Positions 9,488 through 19,905 of a stretch of 64,000 nt of DNA are shown here, in pieces. Made by a program: the position numbers and the translations under genes. Within the stretch, counting starts at the first letter, position 1; every line of letters begins with the position of its first letter. The notes beneath the pieces are model-generated. The model made no database searches. It had not been told where the DNA came from and was given only the letters and a program-made list of their open reading frames with translations. The stretch comes from Escherichia phage vB_EcoM_TH18. The stretch lies in the sequence record ON075799. One strand, given 5' to 3'.

Positions 9488-10981
9488 TTAAAGAACTTGC
9501 TGGAAAGTTATGTCATTTAACTCCACAGCGAAAACTTCTGTCATAGTAGCAACAATATCGTTATTAGTATACGTACTGTCTGGCTCACCTTTGTTTTTGA
9601 CATCTACAAAAAGTTGAGTAAATCTACCTGATGAGATGGAAGACCCTACAGCAGAAACAAGTTGGATATTGTATAATGTATCTGCAATACTAAGTGGATC
9701 AACAACAGCTTTAAGGGAATCCCTGATCGTGTTCTGTTCTGTAAGGGATAGTAATTTACCTTTATACCTGACACGAATTTCAAGTTGCCTTACTTTTGCC
9801 TTGCTATGATAAATTCTTTCTACTTGGTCATCCTCTGTAGTCACATCATAGAATACATCCCCATAAGTGGCATTAGAGAGTGCTATAGTATTATAAAGCG
9901 CCTTACTAATATCTTCTGTAGCTCCACCATAAACTACTGTCTCAAACTTATACGCTGGGACACCGTACTCGTTTGTCACACCAGTATTGTTGGAGAAAAT
10001 TTTAACCTTACTTACACCCGGCACATTTAAAACAGCAGAAACAATCGCAGGTCGTGTTGCGGCAGCGCCTGCTGATGTAGTGTTTGAAGCCCTCAACTTA
10101 TATTCGGTATCCGTCTCAACATCTGTACCATCACTAAATGCTTCCCTGTTCGTCAAGCTAACAAAACCACTTGGTGTTGGGCTTATGTTGGTAACTGTCT
10201 CTGCTTCTCTAGATATCTCCCCAGCTTCAACAGCGATAACATCCATGGTTATTGTTCTTTGACCAAGTAGAGGTGATGTTCTAAAGTCCACAGGGGCATT
10301 AAGACCAATCATTTTCTTATTTTGATCATAACCTATAAACATACTTCCTGAAGAAGATTCGATGAAGATCTTATCTTCGTTCAGATAAGTTGTATTATCG
10401 ACTATAAACTCTTTCATAGCCATCATAAAAGAGTTTAATTCGGTGCTGTTTGGGGTTTTGTTTTTCAGAGATAGGTTCAGTGTCTTTGTTGTCCCATCAT
10501 TCTGGTTAACTATCTGAATGATGTAGTTACCAAGAACCCAATCTTGATTAGTTATCTGCTGCGCTATGATATTACCAGCAACGGCGGTATCTTCTGTTAA
10601 CACAAAATTTCCACCGTCAATACTGTATGTTGCGGCATCATAAATCATATTATACGGCACTGTGTTATTAATTACCATTTGAACAGTACCGGACCCTTTG
10701 GTTTTTCCTCTACGGAATATCCCACGACGACCAAGAATCTCGTCAAGATATATACCTTCTGCCCCTGCTAGTGTTTGTGCTGCATAAATAGATGCAGCCA
10801 AAAGAATTAATTGATATTCCCTTTCGTTGAAAATAGTAGTGATCTTATCAACAACGGAGTTAGTTTGGGTGTTAAAGTTTTCACCAAAAGCTCTAATAAG
10901 GGATTGCTTAGTATCTGTTATCAAGTCATCAAGGGACGGAATTGAAAAACCGTAGTCATTTAATCCAAATTGAGCAGCCAC
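9488..10981 (-). CDS. Baseplate J-like wedge protein (497 aa)
   Basis: Size and position in TMP-hub-spike-wedge-J-I-fiber order. Confidence 0.5.
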   Translation of the reverse strand: MAAQFGLNDYGFSIPSLDDLITDTKQSLIRAFGENFNTQTNSVVDKITTIFNEREYQLILLAASIYAAQTLAGAEGIYLDEILGRRGIFRRGKTKGSGTVQMVINNTVPYNMIYDAATYSIDGGNFVLTEDTAVAGNIIAQQITNQDWVLGNYIIQIVNQNDGTTKTLNLSLKNKTPNSTELNSFMMAMKEFIVDNTTYLNEDKIFIESSSGSMFIGYDQNKKMIGLNAPVDFRTSPLLGQRTITMDVIAVEAGEISREAETVTNISPTPSGFVSLTNREAFSDGTDVETDTEYKLRASNTTSAGAAATRPAIVSAVLNVPGVSKVKIFSNNTGVTNEYGVPAYKFETVVYGGATEDISKALYNTIALSNATYGDVFYDVTTEDDQVERIYHSKAKVRQLEIRVRYKGKLLSLTEQNTIRDSLKAVVDPLSIADTLYNIQLVSAVGSSISSGRFTQLFVDVKNKGEPDSTYTNNDIVATMTEVFAVELNDITFQQVL

Positions 10982-11039
10982 GATTATGCCTCCTCTTGTA
11001 AATTATTATAAGATGTGGTTATTTTACCACAATATGTCT

Positions 11040-11080
11040 TAATTATAAATAGTAAACACAAATAAAGGGGCATAAGCCCC
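11040..11080 (-). terminator. Hairpin ggggcataagcccc with T-run on minus strand
   Basis: GC stem-loop followed by U-rich tract in minus orientation, just 3-prime of ORF ending 11087. Confidence 0.45.
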
Positions 11081-11086
11081 TTTCCA

Positions 11087-11614
11087 TTATTCATTAGTTG
11101 CCCACTTATTCCACCAAGTTGCGTCGCCTGTACGAGGCAAACGGAAATTGATGAGATAATAGAGTTTGTTAGCCCAAAGTATCCAGCCATCATCATCGCA
11201 AAGGATTGTTGTCCCTGCATCAGCTTCTGGATAATAATACTCATCCTGCCCTATAAAGGCAATCCTAACAACCTCTTGTTCTTTGGTTGTCACTTCAAAA
11301 TATGCTTGATAGCTTCTTGTCCCTGAGTCCATTGTGGAATGAAAATAAGTTATTTCCAAAACGTCCGGTTCCTGCCTCGTCACCTCTTTTATCTTATTAT
11401 CAAGTACAGTCTTCATAACCTTCTTGCTAATATATGTTCGATATGGAAATCCGAATGTCTCATCGAAATACCAGTCTCCTTGCCAGACATTAAACCTTAG
11501 CCACAAACGTTGACGAAGACTAACTTGGTTTGATTCTATCAGTTTAAGACCTTCTGAGACATCGAGATCCCCAGTAACAGGATCCATTAATAAATCAGAA
11601 TAGAGAGTTGCCAT
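11087..11614 (-). CDS. Baseplate assembly protein (175 aa), gp25/W-like by position
   Basis: Position preceding J-like gene; Trp/Tyr-rich. Confidence 0.4.
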   Translation of the reverse strand: MATLYSDLLMDPVTGDLDVSEGLKLIESNQVSLRQRLWLRFNVWQGDWYFDETFGFPYRTYISKKVMKTVLDNKIKEVTRQEPDVLEITYFHSTMDSGTRSYQAYFEVTTKEQEVVRIAFIGQDEYYYPEADAGTTILCDDDGWILWANKLYYLINFRLPRTGDATWWNKWATNE

Positions 11615-11623
11615 TTACACTCC

Positions 11624-12325
11624 TTATTTGTTAGGGACATTTGTGTCACTTTCACCAGATGGGTCTGTCCAAACATAGTGATGTGTGTGTCTTGTAAACC
11701 AGTCGTAGAAATCATTTAGATTCACACCTCTAGCTGTCACAATATTCCCATCTGGTGTCACCTTCGCCCCATTCATCTCTATATTCCCATCGGGCTTCGC
11801 TGTCAATGTCGCAGACCCGTTGGTAAAAGACATTTTGCCATCTTTATCAACAGTAAATGTTCCCACTGGGCCTTTTAATACAAAATCCCCTTCAGGGGCA
11901 AGAGAGAAATGAACTTGATCGTTCCATAATTCCACATTGTTTGGGTCGATAACCATTGCATTCCCATCACTGTGAACACCAATGATTGACCACCCAGGAA
12001 ATAAACCGTGTGTCGTTAAGTCATTAGCATCTGACTCATTTCTCTCTGAAAAAGATAACCCGACAATATCACCTGGTTTAACAGGCAATGTAAGTCTTGC
12101 CTTACCGCCGTTTGCGCTTGGCATCGAAAGCGGCACATCGAAAACAGCAGGATATGCATCTACTGTTCCGTCATCGAAATTAGTGGATGCTAAAGGTTGT
12201 ACAGTTGCTGAGGGTATGCTATAATCAACCTCAACAACCTTCGCCCTTAATCCTGTATGGATGTCTCTAGCTTGTCTCGCAAACCACTGATTCAATGCTG
12301 CGTCCATTCTTTGAATTGCTGCCAT
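11624..12325 (-). CDS. Baseplate spike/central protein candidate (233 aa)
   Basis: Position between hub and wedge genes. Confidence 0.4.
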   Translation of the reverse strand: MAAIQRMDAALNQWFARQARDIHTGLRAKVVEVDYSIPSATVQPLASTNFDDGTVDAYPAVFDVPLSMPSANGGKARLTLPVKPGDIVGLSFSERNESDANDLTTHGLFPGWSIIGVHSDGNAMVIDPNNVELWNDQVHFSLAPEGDFVLKGPVGTFTVDKDGKMSFTNGSATLTAKPDGNIEMNGAKVTPDGNIVTARGVNLNDFYDWFTRHTHHYVWTDPSGESDTNVPNK

Positions 12326-13323
12326 TATTCCTCCACAACACCACCACGGGCTTCAGCAAGGCCAATTTCGGAAATCCAATCTCCACCTTCAAGTTGCCCT
12401 TTGTGTGTCAAATATACTACTTTATAAAAACCTGTATATTTATGACTCTTCAAATAAATTGTGCTCTCAGGAATAATTGCCCCATTAAGCTCTGTGGTCA
12501 CAACCAGCCCAGCGTCCTCTTTTATTCTTGCTCTACTTGGTCTTGTATCCGTGCCAGGTTTAGGTTTCCTTTTTTTCTTTTTGCTTTCTTTCTCAAGTCT
12601 TCTTTTAGCAGGTTCTGGATTCTGTGGGGTTGGAGAATCATGCATCCCAGATTCTGCGCTTATTTCAAAAACAGCGTTCTTAAATCTTTTACCTTGGGTT
12701 GTCCAGTACACAGCGCCGTCTTGGACACTAAATGTGGAACCTGTATTTCTAGCTAATCTCTCAAGATTATTAGCAGCATTCCCTGTGAATGCCATTGATT
12801 GTTGTAGAGTCTTATTCCCGAATTTAACAACTTTTCCGATAGGTAATTTTAAATCGGAAATTAAATCATTAAGGACAGTGTCTAAAGGTGTTCCTTTTTT
12901 ATATGATCTTGCTGTTTTAGCAGTCATAATATTTGTGGTTGCATCACCAAGGATCATTTTTGTTTGGCGAGTATTTCCATCCCATTTATCCTGAACAAAC
13001 TCTACTGTCCCAGAGAATAACATTTGGTTTTCACCATCAAACCCAGCCTCCAACACTATGGCTATAGATTCTCTCTGGTTGGCATCTAAATAGCTAACTG
13101 TTTCATCACTCAAATTGTAAATTGTTACGTAACCTTTGTTAGGGTCTTTTGAGTTGTCTTTTTTAACTTCAAATTCTATATTTGCAGAACCGTACTCATT
13201 ACTTACAACATAAGCATCCTTATTATTCCGATTTGTATAATCTGAAATATTTGTCGGCTTCTCTCCAATATATACTGGTTTACCTATTGTTAGTTTGTAT
13301 GTTCTTGTTCTATAAGATGGCAT
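12325..13323 (-). CDS. Baseplate hub protein candidate (332 aa)
   Basis: Position after tape-measure-proximal genes; Lys-rich basic segment. Confidence 0.4.
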   Translation of the reverse strand: MPSYRTRTYKLTIGKPVYIGEKPTNISDYTNRNNKDAYVVSNEYGSANIEFEVKKDNSKDPNKGYVTIYNLSDETVSYLDANQRESIAIVLEAGFDGENQMLFSGTVEFVQDKWDGNTRQTKMILGDATTNIMTAKTARSYKKGTPLDTVLNDLISDLKLPIGKVVKFGNKTLQQSMAFTGNAANNLERLARNTGSTFSVQDGAVYWTTQGKRFKNAVFEISAESGMHDSPTPQNPEPAKRRLEKESKKKKRKPKPGTDTRPSRARIKEDAGLVVTTELNGAIIPESTIYLKSHKYTGFYKVVYLTHKGQLEGGDWISEIGLAEARGGVVEE

Positions 13324-13328
13324 AATTA

Positions 13329-13679
13329 TTACTCCTCACCTGTTAACTCCTCATCAGGAGATGAATAAAGAAGTTGGAGATCTGCAAGAAATCCGATATT
13401 GTACCTTCCGACACGTTTTGTAGACTGTTTAAAAGAAAAGACCCTTAATTGCCCAGACGGAATATTTTCAAGATACTTGAAAGGCTCGAAGATATCAAAT
13501 ATAGTTGTCAACTTAAAAGAAATTGTTGGTGTTGCTCCAACATCACCAAAATATACCAACCAAGATTCATCTCTCTCATTCCATTGAAATCTAATCTCGT
13601 ATGTTTGGCTGTCCAAGACAACTCTCATTGTTTGATCAGCAAAACCATCTATATCCCACACAAAAGTTATTTTGGACAT
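13329..13679 (-). CDS. Small tail/baseplate assembly protein (116 aa)
   Basis: Compact ORF in baseplate block. Confidence 0.35.
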   Translation of the reverse strand: MSKITFVWDIDGFADQTMRVVLDSQTYEIRFQWNERDESWLVYFGDVGATPTISFKLTTIFDIFEPFKYLENIPSGQLRVFSFKQSTKRVGRYNIGFLADLQLLYSSPDEELTGEE

Positions 13680-13701
13680 ATGTATTCTCCTGTTTGCAAA
13701 A

Positions 13702-14553
13702 TTATTTCATAGGATTACCATCCAAATCCTTCCATTGGCCTGTTGTAGGATTGTATGTACCTGCTTTGCGTAACACTGTCGCACCATCCCAATGCATATC
13801 TTTAGCCATTTGTGCATACGCATCTTTTGTCCAAGGACCATTAAAAATACTTTTATGCACCATGATATCAACTTCTTGTTGTGTAGCAGATGACTGGACA
13901 GCGCCTTTTTGTTTTGTTTTACCTGATTTTTTAGGATCTGTGTAGATAGTAGCTAAAACAGTCTTTCCTAATGTGAATGTACGGAACTCTGTGAACTCTA
14001 ATTGAAAAACTAATGCCGCACCATCTGAATTGCTACGAGATGCCTCCATTGAAGTAAGGATGTAATTATCTAAGATTCTATCCTCTGTCACAAGGGTTAC
14101 AATTTGTCGTTGATCTATGAGACGCTCAAGCACTTCCAGAGCTTTTTCTGGTCTTTTTGAGGCAGCGGGGTTCTGATTATCGGTGTCTTTATCTATATAA
14201 TTAAACTGAATAATTGAAAGTGGTGATGAGCTAACCCTCGCACTAAAAGAGAATTTCCCATCTTCTATTACACCGTGGTCACTGAACTTAACCCTATCTT
14301 CAACTGCATACGAAGTTTTATCCACAGTTCTTGTATAGGAGTGTTCTTCAACAACATCAAAAATTATAGCTAAATCATCTGTATAATTTTTATCTTTCAG
14401 TTCAATATTACGCCCACCATAATTCAAGCCACTTGCGAAAAGTGTATACTTAATGCCGGAACTTGTTTCCTGTGCACTACTCACCTTTCTTTCGACATTT
14501 GCTGTGGCTTTCCCTTGCTGTGGTTTTGACTGGTTATTGGAAACTGAAGCCAT
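13702..14553 (-). CDS. Tail protein immediately distal to tape measure (283 aa)
   Basis: Position only. Confidence 0.4.
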   Translation of the reverse strand: MASVSNNQSKPQQGKATANVERKVSSAQETSSGIKYTLFASGLNYGGRNIELKDKNYTDDLAIIFDVVEEHSYTRTVDKTSYAVEDRVKFSDHGVIEDGKFSFSARVSSSPLSIIQFNYIDKDTDNQNPAASKRPEKALEVLERLIDQRQIVTLVTEDRILDNYILTSMEASRSNSDGAALVFQLEFTEFRTFTLGKTVLATIYTDPKKSGKTKQKGAVQSSATQQEVDIMVHKSIFNGPWTKDAYAQMAKDMHWDGATVLRKAGTYNPTTGQWKDLDGNPMK

Positions 14554-14597
14554 AGAAACCTCACTTGTTATTGTATGATTTTATCATAAATATTTTA

Positions 14598-14627
14598 TTA
14601 AAACAACAAAAAGGGGCAAAAGCCCCT
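14598..14627 (-). terminator. Hairpin ggggcaaaagcccc with U-run on minus strand after tape measure gene
   Basis: GC stem-loop plus T-run in minus orientation directly after stop of 14633..17017. Confidence 0.5.
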
Positions 14628-14632
14628 TCAAA

Positions 14633-17017
14633 TTATTGAGGGACAGCGAGAATAAGATTAATGTTATCCATGTTAGCTGTCTCTATTTGCTGATCAATCA
14701 TATTACGCAATTCTCCAGCATCTATTTTAATTGTTATTTCACCACTGACAGGCTCGGTAGGAATAACCATAGGAGCTACAGTTTGACCTGTAGCAGATCC
14801 GCCAGGCATTAGATTATGGGATTGAAGATAGTTGGCTTTATCCTGCATATGCCCAGCCCATAAACTATCCCACCATTGAGAAAGGCCGCCTGAAATACTC
14901 CTGTTCTTAACAAAATCTTCCTGCATTGATTTTGTAGGTATTTGGTCAGAACTTGGTTCTTCGGAGTCATCAACATCCAAACCTGTTGCTGCTATAGCGG
15001 CTGTTGCTAACAAACCGATCCAACCTTTCCCGCGTCTCAGGAATTTTGGTATTCTTGGTTTTCTTGGATTTTTAGGTTTATCACCTCCAGAGCCGTCACC
15101 ATCACCAAAGATATCCTTCAATACTTTCAATGTTCCAGTTATTCCAGCAATTTTAGCCAAGATTCTGAATACTCTAACCAAGGAAGCCGCGAAGAATAGA
15201 GCACCGAGACCCCAACCTATCCAGTTAGTCGCTTTTTGGAATGTCTCACTCTCTTTTACCCACTGTGGTATAGAATTTTTTATTGCCAGGTTGATAAACA
15301 GAAGTGTATCTACCACCGTTAGGGATATATCCTTAAACCCCTGTATAAATCTTGCAACAAATTCCCCTAAATTAGTGGCTAACTCTCCATTGGTATCCAA
15401 TACGTCAGCTAGGGTATTAAACGTTTTAGTTAATTCATCCCCAAATCCACTTTCAAATATCTTATTTTGAAAGTTCATCCACGTTTGTTGTAAACGCTGC
15501 ATAGCAACACGGTTGCTTTCTTGTGCCTTGGTAAGTGCACCACCTTTTCTTGCGGCCTCGGCATAATACTTAGCGACCAAAGGAAGAATTTCTGAAGCCT
15601 TTAGCTCTCCCTTCTTCATCATATCCATTAATTTTGCAATGTCTATAGATGAATCATTGAATGCTTCTTGTGTGGCTTTAAGGAATACATTAAGAGAACC
15701 TGGAATACCTTCGGAAAGTTGTGATTTTAACTCCTCAGCCATGATCTGACCTTTACCCATCATTTGTTGGATAGCGGTAATACCACGCTGGTATTTTACA
15801 GGATCAACCTGAAGTGCAGTAGCATATTCTGAGAAACCTTTGAATAGTTCGTCATTTTGCGCCTTGCTCAAAACACCATTAGCAGATATAGCCATTTGGG
15901 TATAACCTTGGGCGGCTGTTTTTAAATCCAAACCCAATCTGTAAGATTGCTCCCGAACAAACTGCATTCTTTTCGCAGCTTCTTCTGAATCATCAGAAAC
16001 CATTAACATGGTAGCTTCCATGCCTTGAAAGAATTGCCCTGTTTTCACAACACTCGCGGCAGCATTAAAAGCGCCATAAGCAGCAGAGACACTAATTAAT
16101 GTGCTACGAAGGTTTTTCAACCCTTGGTCAAGAGATAGTGTATTTGCCTTAGCTTTGCGGAGTCCTGTTTCCATTGCTGCCAATTCAGCACGGAAATTAG
16201 AAGCTCTCATAGTCTGGCTTTGCATAAATCTCTTTTCCAGATCATCATAACCTTTAATTTTAGATCTGAAATCGTCACCATACTTAGCACGAAGTCTTAC
16301 AGCAGCGTTAGCAATTGTTGATTGTTTTGCAGCCTTTATCCTTTCTGCTCTTAACGCTTCTCTTTCTTTCTTTTTATTGGCATCTTTTTCTGCCTTAATC
16401 TCATCCGCTGTTTTTTCTTTCGGGATAGATTTATGATAGCGTTCCATAGCAGAGTTCTGAGCAGCCACAAGACTTGGATCGTGACGACTATTAGGATCCC
16501 CAACAATACCAGAGGCCGATCCTGAAGACCTTCTTGCTGCAAGTTCTTGCTGTAATCTTGCTTGACGGGCAGCAGATATTTCTGGATTTGTCCCATATCC
16601 AGAACCTGTTTTTTCCATCTGCTTCAACTTTGATTTTAATGCATTATATTCTTTTTGTTCTTCAGGTGTTCTTCTGTTTGTTAGTCTGGCTACTGCTTGC
16701 TTTCTTCTCGCACTCTCAACTTTAGCTATTTGTTCACGAGCACGAGCTTCCTTTTTTGCCATTGCAATAGCATGTGCTGTAGATTTTGCTTGCTCTGCAC
16801 GTTCAGTTTGGTGTAATCTTTTAGCTACAAGACGAGCCTCTTGCGCGGAACGTTTATAAATTGCTGCCGGATTACTTTTATTAGAAGTGAAAGCTCTGTT
16901 AGTCTTTTCCCATTCACTTTTCAGGGATTTTATAGCTTTCATTGCACGACCGTAACTGGTGCGGTCTACAGACCACTCGACAGTATTTACGGTTTTAGTT
17001 ACTATGATATTCGCCAT
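14633..17017 (-). CDS. Tail tape measure protein (794 aa)
   Basis: Long Ala/Lys/Gln/Glu-rich predicted coiled coil; hydrophobic segment near C-terminal third; located after tube and chaperone genes. Confidence 0.8.
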   Translation of the reverse strand: MANIIVTKTVNTVEWSVDRTSYGRAMKAIKSLKSEWEKTNRAFTSNKSNPAAIYKRSAQEARLVAKRLHQTERAEQAKSTAHAIAMAKKEARAREQIAKVESARRKQAVARLTNRRTPEEQKEYNALKSKLKQMEKTGSGYGTNPEISAARQARLQQELAARRSSGSASGIVGDPNSRHDPSLVAAQNSAMERYHKSIPKEKTADEIKAEKDANKKKEREALRAERIKAAKQSTIANAAVRLRAKYGDDFRSKIKGYDDLEKRFMQSQTMRASNFRAELAAMETGLRKAKANTLSLDQGLKNLRSTLISVSAAYGAFNAAASVVKTGQFFQGMEATMLMVSDDSEEAAKRMQFVREQSYRLGLDLKTAAQGYTQMAISANGVLSKAQNDELFKGFSEYATALQVDPVKYQRGITAIQQMMGKGQIMAEELKSQLSEGIPGSLNVFLKATQEAFNDSSIDIAKLMDMMKKGELKASEILPLVAKYYAEAARKGGALTKAQESNRVAMQRLQQTWMNFQNKIFESGFGDELTKTFNTLADVLDTNGELATNLGEFVARFIQGFKDISLTVVDTLLFINLAIKNSIPQWVKESETFQKATNWIGWGLGALFFAASLVRVFRILAKIAGITGTLKVLKDIFGDGDGSGGDKPKNPRKPRIPKFLRRGKGWIGLLATAAIAATGLDVDDSEEPSSDQIPTKSMQEDFVKNRSISGGLSQWWDSLWAGHMQDKANYLQSHNLMPGGSATGQTVAPMVIPTEPVSGEITIKIDAGELRNMIDQQIETANMDNINLILAVPQ

Positions 17018-17068
17018 AGATTTTCCTCAATAAAAAAGCCAGGTTCCGAGAAGGAACCTGGCTTGAGA

Positions 17069-17311
17069 TTAACCTCTTCTACCTCGGCGCGACCTATTTG
17101 CAGCGGCGGCAGCATTGGCTGCACTTTGTTCCTCTCTCTCCTGTACGTCTTGGATAAACTCTTCAATATCAAGATATTCGTTCAGTTTAAGCAGGTAGGC
17201 CATGTCAGCAGACTCAAGTGAGGAATAAGACTCACCTTTAAAACTCTTCAGAGCACGACACCACAAATAATCGAACCAAGTCAATGAGCTATTTTTTCTT
17301 GCATAATTCAT
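17069..17311 (-). CDS. Tail assembly chaperone, downstream frame (80 aa)
   Basis: Small acidic ORF between chaperone ORF and tape measure; reading frame is -1 relative to 17347..17880. Confidence 0.35.
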   Translation of the reverse strand: MNYARKNSSLTWFDYLWCRALKSFKGESYSSLESADMAYLLKLNEYLDIEEFIQDVQEREEQSAANAAAAANRSRRGRRG

Positions 17312-17346
17312 AGCTCTCAGGACAACTTTCGAAATATTAGACGGTG

Positions 17347-17880
17347 TTACTCCGCTTCCTCTGCCTGATCCATCGTGTTCAGTTGATGGGTCTGACCCAG
17401 GCGTCCCAGAAGATCCTGAAGGTTTGCGAAACCGTCTTTCGTGAAAAAACAGCCGTAGTTAACCTCCAGCACTTTTGCCACGAGTTTGATAAGGTCCATC
17501 ATCTTCCCTTGGAAAATATCATCAATGTCTACCTTACCTGCCATACCATCAACAGACACATCGTCCAGAATTAGCGCAAAAAGTTCTTCAATATTATCTT
17601 GCTCCATCTGGTCAAACAGGTATAATACTGCTGTTGGGATAGCATCAGAAAGATTCTGCCCACCAGACATAAGTGCTCCAGAAATGGATGCCATTGGAAC
17701 AGCAATATAACGTCCTATCTTAGGAATATTTTTAAATGCTTTTGTTGGGGACCAATGTGTAATAACAAAGTTGTGACCCGCCAAGTCAATTTCAGTTGTT
17801 TGTCTGATTTTCATGCACGCTCCTGCGTCTTTAGAAGTTGAACTATCCTTACGTGTATAAAGGCCACATCCATGTGGCAC
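17347..17880 (-). CDS. Tail assembly chaperone (up to 177 aa; true start may be the internal Met near 17814)
   Basis: Canonical position between tube and tape measure; acidic C-terminus. Confidence 0.45.
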   Translation of the reverse strand: MPHGCGLYTRKDSSTSKDAGACMKIRQTTEIDLAGHNFVITHWSPTKAFKNIPKIGRYIAVPMASISGALMSGGQNLSDAIPTAVLYLFDQMEQDNIEELFALILDDVSVDGMAGKVDIDDIFQGKMMDLIKLVAKVLEVNYGCFFTKDGFANLQDLLGRLGQTHQLNTMDQAEEAE

Positions 17881-17889
17881 ACGAAATTA

Positions 17890-18363
17890 TTAAACGATAC
17901 CGGAAAGTCCAGCGAGGCCAAAGCCAACAGAGGACAGAGTATCAGGACTCAACCAAGCATCCAGAATACCAATTTCCCAGTCCATCTGACCAACTTCCGT
18001 TCCATAAGTCAGATCAGGCTGTTTCTGAATCCATCCAATTGTACTCAAACCCATACCTTGAGAACCTTCCAGAAGAACAGGGAAGAAAATAAGGCCAGTT
18101 ACGGATGCTTGTTTTTGCCAGTTTGCTAAATTACCATTCCATGATGCTGTATTCTGAAGAGAAACCGTCATAACACCAGATTGGTTACGGGACAGTGCAG
18201 CAGATAGCTCACCATCAACCCCCATGTGGGGGTTGATATTGTCTTCGTTACGTGACACAACAATTTTCGTGTCCGCTGCGAATCCTGTTACTCTTTGAGT
18301 CATCAGGTACAGTTTTACTTTTTTAGGGTCATATGCATACGGCGTTAGAATAGCTGTATTCAT
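17890..18363 (-). CDS. Tail tube protein (157 aa)
   Basis: Immediately downstream of sheath gene with 3-nt gap; size typical. Confidence 0.65.
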   Translation of the reverse strand: MNTAILTPYAYDPKKVKLYLMTQRVTGFAADTKIVVSRNEDNINPHMGVDGELSAALSRNQSGVMTVSLQNTASWNGNLANWQKQASVTGLIFFPVLLEGSQGMGLSTIGWIQKQPDLTYGTEVGQMDWEIGILDAWLSPDTLSSVGFGLAGLSGIV

Positions 18364-18366
18364 TTA

Positions 18367-19779
18367 TTACACTCCTGCTGTTACTGTCTGTGCGTTACCA
18401 GAATTTGAACCTGTTTTGTCCAGCATGACAGTCATACGGATCTTGACAAAATGTAGCGGTGTGTTGTATACCAGTTCCACTTTCACGTTGTTAAGTGTAC
18501 GTGCTGCCAGATCGTTAGTAGGTATGCTTCCACGCAGAGGGATTGTGATTACAGGGTCGAAGAAGACCTTGTTAACCTCATCATAACCTGTTAAAATAGC
18601 CCCGTTAGAAATACCTACGTTGATAGGGTTATTCATGATGACAGACTTCAGATTAGGAAGGTCATCATCGCTCATTTTAACAGACAGCCCCATGTTGGAT
18701 CTGCGAGACATATATCCGAAAACACTTTCTTCGGTGCGGAACTTAAGCCAGTGACCAAATCTCACAACATCTACATAATTACCAGAAGCGCACTTACCTT
18801 CATAGAAGGAGCCTACACCATTAATCATGCGGTAGAAGTTAAGATTCTTACCCCAGATTGTCATGCGGTCAGTGGCACTCAAGGTAGGTGCAATAACTCC
18901 GTCCATAGTCTTCAGGTGAATAGAATCCCCGTAAGAAGGATCGTTAGATGCCATTGCCCCGATAATTCCTCCTTCTGGGTAGGCGCTGTCTGCCAGCGGA
19001 TCGTACATACCAATAGATGTGTCGTATTGCAGAGCTTTCAGTTCATCTGCAATAGAGTCACTATCGGCAGTTTTAGATTTTTCATCAGCAGTTGAGTAAA
19101 CATGCATCTTGTAATTTGCAGCGGCGAATGCGGCGGCACTTAAGATAGATGTTTTTGTATGTGACTCAGTACTGACAAAATACCAGTTCTCATTTGCGGT
19201 CATAACCTGCGGAAGAACAGAAGAAACTGTCTCATCGGAGGTATTGGTGATGACCATATTTCCGCTATCTTTACCAACACTAAACTTGCCACTGTCTTTT
19301 GGGGCAATTGTTACTTTAGCTTCGCTTGCTGTTGCCGTAAGTACAGTCTTCAGCGTTGTATCCGCATTAATAGCGTCAGCCAGAGATGTGGCGATTGCAG
19401 AAGGCTCTGAAGATACATTTACATTGACAAGTATGCTCTTTTGATAAGCCCCTGTCACAAAGTTTAGAGCTACAGGTGTTTCTGGGTCTGTATTTGTCTG
19501 GTCTGTAAAATCCACAACCGTATTGGTGAAGCCTTGGCGACCAATCATCAAATATTGTGGACGGAATGTTCCAGAAAATGCCTTAGATGCATAATTATAT
19601 GCAGGTGTTCCAACAGCAAATCCATCATCAACTAATTGACTAAGTTCGGTATAAGCACGAACTCTTTCTGGGAAGACATTATGGATCGCAAGGAACAGTG
19701 GGGTTTCAAACCCTTTTGTGTCGATTGGTTGAGTACCAAGTGTGACTGTTACATCAACCACCTTGTCATTATAAGCCAT
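18367..19779 (-). CDS. Contractile tail sheath protein (470 aa)
   Basis: Size, position before tube gene, high-expression codon bias. Confidence 0.8.
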   Translation of the reverse strand: MAYNDKVVDVTVTLGTQPIDTKGFETPLFLAIHNVFPERVRAYTELSQLVDDGFAVGTPAYNYASKAFSGTFRPQYLMIGRQGFTNTVVDFTDQTNTDPETPVALNFVTGAYQKSILVNVNVSSEPSAIATSLADAINADTTLKTVLTATASEAKVTIAPKDSGKFSVGKDSGNMVITNTSDETVSSVLPQVMTANENWYFVSTESHTKTSILSAAAFAAANYKMHVYSTADEKSKTADSDSIADELKALQYDTSIGMYDPLADSAYPEGGIIGAMASNDPSYGDSIHLKTMDGVIAPTLSATDRMTIWGKNLNFYRMINGVGSFYEGKCASGNYVDVVRFGHWLKFRTEESVFGYMSRRSNMGLSVKMSDDDLPNLKSVIMNNPINVGISNGAILTGYDEVNKVFFDPVITIPLRGSIPTNDLAARTLNNVKVELVYNTPLHFVKIRMTVMLDKTGSNSGNAQTVTAGV

Positions 19780-19905
19780 CGATTTCCTCTTTTATTTCTG
19801 TACGTACAGTTATTGACCAGCACTTATTTGTGCTGTGTTATGGGTTATTTCCCCACATCGTGATCACCAATAAGCCAGTGCTTATCAATAACCAAAATAT
19901 TTCTT

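Noticed and set aside
10984-11244. Minus-strand ORF (86 aa) overlapping the end of 11087..11614
   Set aside because: Overlaps a better-supported gene and spans the intergenic hairpin terminator.
12461-12994. Plus-strand ORF (177 aa) antisense to baseplate gene
   Set aside because: Antisense to a well-packed minus-strand operon; no SD; hydrophobic low-complexity translation.
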